Source of the DNA: Cycas panzhihuaensis
Taxonomy: Eukaryota; Plantae; Cycadophyta
DNA: 64,000 nucleotides
Direction: 5' to 3'
Assembly: GCA_023213395.1 (NCBI GenBank)
Contig: CM041465.1
Location: forward strand, 189,541,741 to 189,605,740
Shown: piece by piece, positions 41,130 through 52,040 of the stretch
How positions within the stretch are numbered: the stretch's first letter is position 1
Layout: every line of letters begins with the position of its first letter
Translations under genes and position numbers: made by a program
The notes under the pieces: generated by a model
What the model was told of the DNA's origin: nothing
The model's input: the letters and a program-made list of their open reading frames with translations, nothing else
Databases searched by the model: none

Positions 41130-41666
41130 TGAAGGAAAAAATATGTAGACCCAAATGCTCTGATACCAAATGTAGGAAATAGAATGTAGCTAAACTGCTT
41201 TGATACCAAATGATGGAAATATAATACACAAGGAGAACAGGGCAGAAGATATAATAAACTTCAATATATTCAAAATAATAGTATTGTATCAAATATTTAA
41301 TACAAATCTATGTAACAATATAGCAATATAGATCGATGTTGGACAAATGAACTATGAGAGCATGATAGCATTGTCTTTAATCCATTATTGTTGAGAGCAT
41401 GGAAAATATCCTCAAAGGAGGTGGTGTCTAAAAACACCAGGTTTGTACACCCCATAATATAAATAGTTCTGGGGGAGGAGGGAAACTCATCAACCCCTGA
41501 ATTCAAATTAATAATAAAATAATGTAACTTAACTCAAATAAACTAACTCAAATTAACATTAACTTACCTTAACTTACCTACATGTGTTTTAGCATCACAT
41601 GTGTAAATTGAGGTGCACAATCCTGGTAGGTAAGAGGGAGTTGAGTGATGACATTACACTCCAACA
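41130..41666 (-). repeat. 3' LTR of element D
   Basis: TG...CA termini; direct repeat of 46167-46703. Confidence 0.95.
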
Positions 41667-41748
41667 TTCTCCCCCTTAATGTCATCGCGAACACTTGTAT
41701 CTTTTCCTTGAACTTATGAAATTTGTAACTAAAAAAAACTTTGAAATT

Positions 41749-42422
41749 CTAATCTTGATCTTTATCAACTCTTCTCACCCTTATAGCCATATATGTCTCT
41801 TTATCATAGAATGATGTAGAAAAACTATAAGTAGATGAAACTTGATTCAAATATAAATGAATAGCTGTAATTTTGACTTTGTCAACTGGAATATTAAGAA
41901 GGCTTTGAAATTCAACTTTTGTAATCTTTATGCTCTGAATAACTGTCATATCATCAGGTTCATTCTTTGTCATATCATCAAATTCATTCTTCATCATGTC
42001 ATAAGATTCATCTTCATTCTCCCCCTCAAATGGAGGATCAAATCCTTGTGCAACAAGGTGGTCCTGTATTTGATCTAAATTTTCATTAGTTTTGTCATCA
42101 TGATCTACCTGTTCTATTACCTGTCTTACATGCTCATCAAAAATTTCATCAAATACATGGAGGGTATCTCCCCCATAAGTAGAAATCAATACATTCCAAA
42201 CTGATTTAGAAGTTGTCAAATCACATACCTTTGAAAAATTTTCATCATTCATAGTACAAAACAATAAACCTAATATTCATTATCCTTTTGAATATATTCT
42301 TTAATACTAACATCATAATCATGTTGCAAATATTTTCACAAATCATTTTCAATAAAATAGTTTCTCATAGTGTTATGCCATTGTGCAAAGTTTTGGCCAT
42401 CAAAAATAGGGAATTGAGTCAT
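41749..42422 (-). pseudogene. Truncated copia gag N-terminus fused to an acidic tail
   Basis: MTQFPIFDGQNFAQWHNTMRNYF...(one stop, one frameshift)...LFCTMNDENFSKVCDLTTSKSVWNVLISTYGG, a typical copia gag N-terminal pattern. Confidence 0.85.
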
Positions 42423-44411
42423 TTTATCAAACAACTTTAGTATGTAAAATGAATATACTTTAACAAGTTAAAATATCAATAAATAAATGAATATATATGA
42501 TTTCAAATGCCCTTTAGAAAGTTAGTTAACTAGGCATAATAAGGAAATAATCTTTTTAAAAATGATAAAAGAACTTTTCAATATAGGTATGCCTTTCAAA
42601 TAAACTTTGAGATAAAGTGAATATAAGAGTACATATAAAGATCTTTTGCCTTAATAATAATGTAAAATACTGAAAATAAAATATATAAAAGTATTTTTCA
42701 CTTTGAAAACATAACAATATAAAGAAATTTTTAATAAAAAAAATAATATGCTCCTTAAAAGAAGGTTTGAATGATAACCTTAGGTTTGAGGGATTTAAAA
42801 GTATATTAAATGAAATCAGAATGATATAAAACTTTATGACTATAAAGATAACAAAATTTAAACCCCACGGAACTAACCGTTCTGAAAACGGGTTCCAAGA
42901 AATCAAGTTTTAGTGAATCAAAGGTACAAGCCTCATTTTGAGGCTAAACAGAAGTAGGGGGTCAAAATGCTAACAAAATACTTATAGAATGTTGTAAGGT
43001 AATCAAATATTATTTATAAAATTGTTCAATATACTTTTAATTGAATTTTTTTTTTAAATTATATTAAAAAATGTGTAAAAATAGTAGATTTTAGGCAATA
43101 AAGTACCTCTATTTTGAGTGGTTTCAAAATCAGGAAAAATATGTCAAAATGTATAAATAATTATGCCAAATCGAAGAGAATTGAGTCAACTTCCCAATGA
43201 AACTAACGAAATCAAAATCTGATACAAAATGAAAAAGTTATAGTAAAAATGGTAACAGGTGTCTTTATGTAAAAATGTTAAGAAATAGGCTAAAAACAAC
43301 TAAATTCCCACTTTAGTGATTAAAATACTAATGAAAATGAATTCAAAAAATTAAAATAAGAAGTGGGTATTAAATTTTGTAGAATGTGGATCGCTATAGA
43401 AGAAATCTAGGCAGAAAACAATTTACCAGTAATAAATTACAGTCGGTTCTAAAAGTGATTTTGTTAAAAGTGTGAAAAAAGTTGAAAATTTGAGTGTCTG
43501 ATGTTAAATTGGCCGAAACGGGGTCAAATTAGCACCAAATTTGTCATATGACTAGCCAAAAATGATCTAAAGAAAATTTCTGATCTAATGGAAGTGGTTT
43601 CGTCAGAAACTGATGCCTCAGTGAAAAGTTATGGCAAAAAATGCCAAGAACCCTATGTAAAAATGAAAAATTAAAAAAAATGAAAAACGTTCATATAAAA
43701 GTGAATGTTTTCCAGTGTAAGGATAACCAACGTTGGGATTACGAGAAGTCAGATTCAGTAAAATTTTGGGTTTTATAGTTTATATTAAGCTTTATCGCCT
43801 GCTAAATTATTTCACATCACCTTCGTTATTGGCCAGATTGCAGAACCGAATACAACAGAGTCATTGATCATGGCGGGGAATCGTCTCAAACCAACCCGTA
43901 AGAGAAAACTGGTTTCTAGCGAGAACGAAGAGCTTAAGTGGTTAAAAAAAATCCCCTAAAAAACATAAGGGAGATAAACCTACTGCAAATAAAATTTCAA
44001 AATCCGAAGCTGATAACCCTATGAAGATCGGTAAGCCGTTCAAGCGAAAGTTTAAAAAAGGCTCCCATACTTTTTTAGAAATCTTCAATTTTTTTTTTAA
44101 ATCTTTATCCGTCTTCACTCACTCTCTCATCGGCCTCCTTCTACGCACGCGGGACAAACAGGCACTGGTAAGAACGACGGGAAGAACGGTGGTGGTGTTG
44201 CCGTCGGTTTTGGTCAAATCTGCACAAACAATAGGCGTTGGGAGATCGCTGGGTAGGGCAACAAGGAAAATGAGAAGCTGAACCAAATATCTGCAAGTTT
44301 TGTGCTATCACATATGAGTACAAGAAAGAAATGGCAGCTGATACCTGCCTCTGTTCATCTTTATCCCTTTTTTTGTTTGTATTATATTCTGTTTATTTTG
44401 CTTCCTTAGGA

Positions 44412-44627
44412 TATCTGAGAACATTAGATGAGAGAACAATAAGGGAGAACAACATAGTTAATCAAAGAATTTAGGGTGGAGTTTTAGTACGTTTCTTTGG
44501 GAGCTATTATTTTGCATTGGTGGATCCCTTGGGAGATCTATCTTAATTTGAAGAAAGCTTCAAGGGAAATAGTATTAATACCAGAACAACTTTTCAAAAG
44601 GCCTTGGAAGAGGTTTTGGATTTTTGA
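44412..44627 (+). pseudogene. PWWP-domain-like coding fragment (C-terminal part of the domain), antisense within element D
   Basis: Single frame reads TLDERTIRENNIVNQRI*GGVLVRFFGSYYFALVDPLGDLS*FEESFKGNSINTRTTFQKALEEVLDF. VLVxFFG and FxxALEE are PWWP hallmarks. Preceded by a T-rich tract ending in AG at 44408-44409. Recognised by eye, not by HMM. Confidence 0.65.
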
Positions 44628-45249
44628 TTTTTGCTGAGGGATATTACAGATCAGGATTAAGTTCAACGTATGACAAAGGAAATAATATATATGATAGGGG
44701 GTATTATCTGGGTAACTCACCCAATCACTGGGAAGAGAAGACTTCTATGTAACTCCAGTTTCAGCTCCAACTGAGGCTTGTTTTTTTTTTGTGTAAGAAA
44801 AATAATGAAAGAATAATAATGGATAGAATATTTTAAAGAAAAAACATATATTTGTACAATACAAATACGGATCTATAAATCTCTTATGCTTTTATTATAT
44901 AACTATCTAAATATTGGCTTGCATATGATTATGTCTCGTACATGCTACCTTGCTATTATAGCAAATATAAAAAAGTAATCAATGGAGAGATTCTCAAGCA
45001 AAGTTGTAGAATTTGAACCCTTATGCAAGTGTCTTCCAAATTCCTTAGGGCCTTTGAATCAAGGGCTAGAGATGTTAAATAAATAGTGGAATCTAAACCC
45101 TTATGCAAGTGCCTTCCAAATTCCTTAGGTCCTTTAAAAAATCTATGAAGAAAATATGTCAAATAAATAACCTGCACATATACTTGTATCTGAAATATTA
45201 TCAAATGTGTTGCAGAAAATATTTAAATCAAAGAACCAAGATATAAGTA

Positions 45250-45850
45250 TTTAGATCTAAAAAATGAAATAAGAACCTGGAAACAAAGTTGTAGTTGGCT
45301 TTATAACTGAAAATAAGCTTCAAAAGGTTCTAGTAGATAAATCTTCTTCCTCACAAGTCGAATATAGGTAGATCTGTTGTTACAAATGATTTGGTAGGCA
45401 GGATATGCACCCAAAAGCTGCAGGTCTATAAAAAGTTTGAAGATATAGTAAAACATATAATGAAAAATATAGATCTGAAATGAAATACAATAGATCTGAA
45501 CTAAATGTAACAGAAAATGCTAAAAAAACTTAATAAAATAAGTAGATCTTAAGCTAAATAATGCAGATCTGATGTGAGTATAGCAGATCTATAGCCAAAT
45601 AATTACAGATCTAAATAAATATACCAGAAAATAGTGAAAAACTTGCTGAAACAAGCTGATATGTAGACTATGTAGCAGATCTAAAGTGAAATGTAGTAGA
45701 TCTGACAAAAAACTTGTATGAGTCTTGCTTGCAGCTGAAAACCTTCACAGATCTGAGAAAATATTCAATAAGTAGATTAAAAAATACCAAGAAATGATGA
45801 AATGTATGGTAAAATATATAAATCTAAAGAAAGATAGCTCAAATCTGAGA
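45250..45850. repeat. Degenerate tandem array with recurring AGATCT palindromes (about 20-22 bp spacing in places)
   Basis: About 11 AGATCT sites counted between about 45253 and about 45755. Confidence 0.75.
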
Positions 45851-46166
45851 ACAAAACTTGAGTAAATATAACTTGTTGTTAATCTCCTTCACAAATCTTT
45901 GAACAAGTATAGCTTGTAGCTAAAATCCTTCATAAATATGCACAAATCTATGAAAAATCTGAAAAAACACTTATTATATCATAAAAATAACTCAATAATG
46001 AGTAAATCTTGATGAAAAAATATATAAAAACTTGCTAAAAATTTTTAGAAAATAAATATAGTTAATATTTCTTTCTTATAAGAAAATTTACCGTAGAATG
46101 CCAGTAAATCCTGTTGCTTTTCTTCAAAACTTCAGCAGGCCAGCAATCGTCTGCTCTAATACCAAA

Positions 46167-46703
46167 TGAAGGAAAAAATATGTAGACCCAAATGCTCTAA
46201 TACCAAATGTAGGAAATAGAATGTAGATAAACTACTCTGATACCAAATGATGGAAATATAATACACAAGGAGAACAGGGCAGAAGATATAATAAACTTTA
46301 ATATATTCAGAATAACAGTATTGCATCAAATATTGAATACAAATCTATGTAACAATATAGCAATGTAGATCAATATTGCACAAATGAACTATGAGAGCAT
46401 GATAGCATTGTCGTCAATCCATTGTTGTTGAGAGTATGATAAATATTCTTAAAGGAGGCAGTGTCTAAAAACACCAGGGTTGTATACCCCATAATATAAA
46501 TAGTTTTGGGGGAGGAGGAAAACTCCTCAACCCCTGAATTCAAATTAATAATAAAATAATGTAACTTAACTCAAATAAACTAACTCAAATTAACATTAAC
46601 TTACCTTAACTTACCTACATGTGTTTTAGCATCACATGTGTAAATTAAGGTGCATAATCCTGGTAGGTAAGAGGGAGTTGAGTGATGACATTATACTCCA
46701 ACA
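46167..46703 (-). repeat. 5' LTR of element D
   Basis: TG...CA termini; adjoins the PBS. Confidence 0.95.
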
Positions 46704-46708
46704 GATAT

Positions 46709-47925
46709 CATTTAATACCTTATTAACCAATCATATCTAAATAATATGTCTTATAAATAAAAGTAATGTGTCAAGGCTAGATCTCACCAATGCTTCCTAA
46801 TTAACAACACATATACAAAAGGTCCTTTGAAGGGGTCTTCCCCTAATACCTTAATCTTAATGAGATCTAGGTCATCCTACATGGAATATTCATAGGGAAC
46901 TTTAGAGGATAATCTATAACCTAACAAATACTTTATATGTGATATTTCTAGCTTGTTTTTCTTTAAGGATGTCCATTCATATATTAAAAAATGTGAGAAG
47001 TGCCAAATACATGCTAATATCATTTATTATCCCTTTAAGGCCTTCCATGTAATCATATCACCCTGGCCTTCCTCCTAGTGGGGGTTAGACTTAATTAAGG
47101 CAATCACATCCCCATCTTTATTGCAACATAAGTTTATCTTAACTACAACCAAGTACTTCACTAAATAGATAGTGGCAATCTCTTTGTCATCTATGACTAG
47201 AAAAGTAATCATAAATTTGAGCTTCAAATACATTAATTATTAATTTAGGTTCTTAGATGTTCTCATTATAGATAATAGGATCCTAATCTATAATAAAAAG
47301 ATCAATGAACTTTGTGACAAATTTCATATTACATATAGGACTTTATTACCATGTTATCTCTAAGCTAATCACTGGATAGAAGCATTTAATAAGACCTTGG
47401 CCTTGATCCTCCAAAAAATGATGTTAACATCCTAGTGTAATTAACATGTCCTAATCTACCCAACCATGTGGTCCTATTGCATATCTATTAGGACTACCAT
47501 AAGGATGACAATATTCTCCCTTATCTACAAATCAAAAGTAGTCCTTCCCCTTGAGGTAGAAGTCCCCTCACTTAAAATCTCATTTAAGGGTTATAGAAAG
47601 AAAGAATAGTATCAACAAGCCTACCTAATGGACCTCAAGGGCATAAATGAGACTTGTCTTGTATCTTATCAATGCAACTTAGCCTCTAAAGCAAAGGAAA
47701 AAATCACACATGATAAGAATTTATGCATTCATAAAATTTTCCCTTGAGATAAGGTCCTCAAATTAGAATACTTGTGTGACTAGTTAGCCAAATTCCCATC
47801 TAATTAGGTCAATCTATTTTATACTTGAGAATCTTATTAATTACAATTATAAGATTGCCACGCTACAAGGGTTCGAGTTTGAGAAATCTATTAATGAGTA
47901 ATTTCTCAAAATATATTATATTTGA
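46709..47925 (+). pseudogene. Integrase of element E
   Basis: Resumes after the TSD of D; zinc-binding CxxC and catalytic-core motifs; VVLPLEVEVPSL. Confidence 0.8.
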
Positions 47926-50900
47926 CTTTGAACTAACATTACTCTTAAATAAGACTAGATAATCCTATGTTCTAAATAAACTTAAATTTATCTCACTCCA
48001 CTATAAGTCTAACTTAGAATCACATTGATATAGGAGTATCTAAAAAAATCACATTATATAGGAGTATATAAAAAATACTAACTTCTTAGAAATGATATAA
48101 CATTTTGTTATGTGAATAAAAGTTTGGATTATTATATATCAAAATAATCATCTCAAAGTTGTGATCATCTTACAAAGTAGATTACTACTTTATAGGCCAT
48201 TATAAATTATGTTTAGGCCCAAAAGCCATCATTTGGATGACAAAAATTATAATTTAAACTTTCTTTTCTAATTTTATAAAAAATTATGAGTACCAATTTT
48301 CTAAGTTATGTGATTAATTTTCTATTAATTATATTTTTATAAGGCCTATTATATGTTTAGCTATCCATGGGTCAATTTTTAAATGAATTGAAAAAATTTA
48401 TAAAAATCATTAAAACTAGTTATAGTTAGGACTTTAGTAAAAATAGAAAGTTTTTGATTTGAGGGATTTTTTGCTCTAAATCATTTTCCTAGTTTTCAAA
48501 TGATGGTAGTTAAGACTTTTACATAGTCAGATGCCTTGAATTTATGTACTTTTAAATTGTAATTTTTTTTTAAGAATAAAAGATAGAAAATTTTATGGAA
48601 GGTATTCTTTTAGAAAATATGCTATGCCTTTGTTCTAAATTTTCTTGTTACTTGTATGCATCTATTGTTGAAAGGATTATTGCTTTATCATATACTCTGA
48701 AATAAGGGTAAACTATACCTTCCATAAGTCATATACTTGAAAGTACTACACCTCATAATGAGTATGAATTAACCAAACTCCCCTGTGAGTATAAAGCAAT
48801 CTTAGCTTTGTAATGAGTCTAAACTAGCTAAAGACTCAATCGCAAGTGTACCCTGTCACATTTATATCTTATTTACAAAAATAAAATAAAATAATAAAAA
48901 ATTACTAAAAGCATTCCATTTGAAATGATAATAAACTAGCTTCTTGACACTTTATTAACCATTTGGGTTTCATTTGGTATCATATGTATACTAAGAAATA
49001 TATACTTGATCATGTAAAACTATTACTATAATACCAACTGTGTTAGCTATGATCACTTAGTAAATATCAATCATATGGTGACAAGAAAAAGTATATACAT
49101 TTTATAAAAGCAATATAAATGACAACAATATATCACAAAAATAACATGTCATAAATTAGAGAGCTCACATTAGCATCTCATATAAATATATAATATAAAT
49201 AAATGTATGAGATATATAAAGTATAATCAAATATTAAGGGAGCTTGTGCTCTTATAGGAATGTATAAAATACTCAAATTAAGTTATAAATGTCACACCCA
49301 AAAGCTCATATGGAAAGCTTGCCTCTCCTAAGAATGCATTTGTTAATCCCTTCCCACCCTTTAGTAGATCCTCTCTAACTAGAGGGATTAACATTATGCT
49401 TTTAAGATATCTTATATAGCATTACCCATCTTAGTTAGTAGGTTGAACATCACTTTGTTAGTTAATTCCTTATTACTAATTACAATCGCCTCCTACAAAG
49501 TGTAATAAATATTGATTAATCCTTAAGTAGTTAATAAAAACATAAAATGTAGGAGTAAACTCTAAAAAATAAAAAGTATAAGAAAAAGCATGCCTACTTT
49601 TTATATTATCCTATTACACTATCATACCCTGTTATGATTTCATAACGATACATCACACCCTATCATTGATCAATGACAATATGTAACATCTTGTTATGAA
49701 TTTGATAATGGGATGTAATGCCTCATGATAAAAATTGCCCCTAATTTTCATAATAAGATATCAAGTCCCATTATAAAAGTCATAATAGGATGTGATACTC
49801 CATGACAGGACATCACGTCCTATTCTAACATCCATGATGAGATGTGATCCATAATGTGATGTCTTGTTACAAATTGCACCTAATCACTTCATATAAAAAA
49901 TTAAAATATAAACACCAAAAGGGAAAATATGGTAAAATTTAGTTAGATAAAAAAGTCAAACATATCATTATGCTCATTTTTTACCAAAATGCTAGGGTCT
50001 AGTTGGACTTCATTTGACTAATTTCCATAAAAACAGGGAAAAGCCCTAAATGTCAAGCTTTTGCTTTAAAAATAAAAAAAATTAATATAAAAATCCACTT
50101 AGATGGATCAAATAGGATTTCCTCTTAAGAATCATTGTGTCCTAGATGTAATGGATCTCTTTACACATCTATCTAACTCTTTATTCTCCTGCAATCAACT
50201 CTAGAGTGCCAAAAGCTTTAAAAACTTAACCACCAAATTATAAAACTTGCACATGAAAATGAAACTAAAAGCTTATAGGAATCTAAGTTAATGGTAGGTT
50301 TTATTAAGCTTGAAGAGGTTGAAAATTTTGCTAGAAAGCTACATTTGACACATAAATTCATTATTGCTTAGGTATAAAGTCTAAAACCATCAAATGATCA
50401 ATAAATTACAAGTTCACTTGGGCTAAAGATGTTAGGAAAAATGCCATAAATGCTCTTATTCATACATCCATAATGTGCCCAAGACTACCCTAGGGAAATA
50501 AGTTAGAACCCTCTTAATTTTATAGCTTAGGGGCTCTTTTCTGAGCCCTAAACTCATATTTGTTAAGTGTATAATCCTATTTTGCTAGGAAAATCTTAGC
50601 AACCTCATGTAAAAAGCTCTAATAAGGCTTCCAAATGGCTTCTCCTTTTACATGGGTAAATTTATAGTAAAATGACTTAGTTATAAGCCATAGTCTCATG
50701 GTCACCAACAATTCATGCACTATAGATTAATTTATATACTTGTACTCCTTAGATAAGTCTTTTTTCTTGTGTTTTATATGTATTTTTGCACCTAATCTAA
50801 AGTAATCTATTGGCATTAGCTTGCTAATATTTGAGCCTATATTTTGGCACTTCTAGCACAAAATAGAGTTGGTCATAATTGTCCCATATGATCCCTATTG

Positions 50901-52040
50901 TAATGGTCATTCCTATATTCCATATATTTCGCCAATTTAGTGTTTAGAAATACCTTTAATGAGTATCCCAAAAACTATCCATAATTTAGCCACCAAAGAT
51001 CTAACTCTAGATCTTATTATGTTCACTCTTTATTAAAACTCATGTTGTTATTCTAAAGGTATATCACCTCTTAGGTTGGCTTGTCACAACTACATTTTCT
51101 GATAACTAAATGCGAACTGCACCTACCATGTCTTAGCAAACATTGTATGACAATTGTAGCCAGCTTGCCCTTGGAGGTAAGTATTAAATTAGATGAAATG
51201 CATCACATAGAAATTAGGTTGAATAATGATTAGTTTACCATGACCCTCCTCTAAACTATGATATGGGATGACACCCTCCCCCACTTCCTTAAAAAAAAAA
51301 AAAAAGGAAAATAACAAAAATAAAATTTAAAAATATAGAAAAAAAATATACACATATACCCATAAAAAAATAATAAGAAGAATAAAAGAAAGAAATATTT
51401 ATATATAGTTATACATACTATAGATTTTAGGTACCTAAGGCAAGTTGCATGTTGAATCTATCCCCGCTTATAATATGTCATTAAGTTCTGATCATATATA
51501 TCAGTTAAGACCTTTAGATCTAGTTATTTGGGTCTACCATGGATTTAATTATAACCAAAATCTATCCAACATTGAGAGGTTAAAATAAATAAATTTGGAA
51601 CCTATAGTTAAAGTGGAAAAAAGCTACTTGTGGGGCCTATCTCTTAAAAAGAATGATAGTTGAAGTTAAGTTCACTAACCTAAAATCCTTCCCTATTATT
51701 TGATTCTCTTACCATTCTTGATATTCATCAACCTATATTTGAGAAACCACTACATTTCCCATGGCATCAATCATTTGTATCAATAAGGGAAATCATTGAA
51801 ACCCTGAACCTTGTAGTCTCACCTAAATCATTTCCAACTAAATAGGCTACATCTTGATGAGTGTTTGAATGTTCATCCTTTTTTTTTTTTTTGTTAAATA
51901 AAATTAAATTATAGTGGGTTTGAAATAGGATCCCACAACCTATTACATTAAAGAGCCATGAGTTTCTAAAGCAAAGTTAATCGTGATGTACCCTACCTGG
52001 CTAGGCAAAGAAAACAAATTTGCCGGGACAAGCCCCACAG

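Larger units (their letters stand above)
41130..46703 (-). mobile_element. Non-autonomous copia-related LTR element D (5574 bp); most similar LTR pair among those compared
   Basis: Two 537-bp LTRs (41130-41666 and 46167-46703; about 30 mismatches by hand count); perfect TSD GATAT; PBS at 46153-46164; PPT AAGGGGGAGAA at 41667-41677; no pol domains recognised. Confidence 0.95.
27000..47925 (+). mobile_element. Old non-chromovirus gypsy element E (Tat/Athila group), fragmented by F, G and D; ends not resolved
   Basis: gag remnant at about 29750-30200 (DPKEHVKAF); protease remnant at about 33900-34240; RT at about 39700-40400 (CPKDN*PLSYIDQIIDK, GFVGYN); RNase H to about 41000; integrase at about 46930-47925 (CEKCQIHAN, PWPSS*WGLDLI). 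Confidence 0.75.

Noticed and set aside
44021-44780. ORFs 44021-44281, 44141-44323 and 44538-44720, and a possible minus-strand spliced gene (GTGAGT donor at about 44720)
   Set aside because: The joined translations resemble no protein family I recognise. The plus-strand PWWP-like frame explains the region better.
51100-51310. Possible SINE ending in the A run at about 51291-51305
   Set aside because: No Pol III A/B boxes or TSD recognised.
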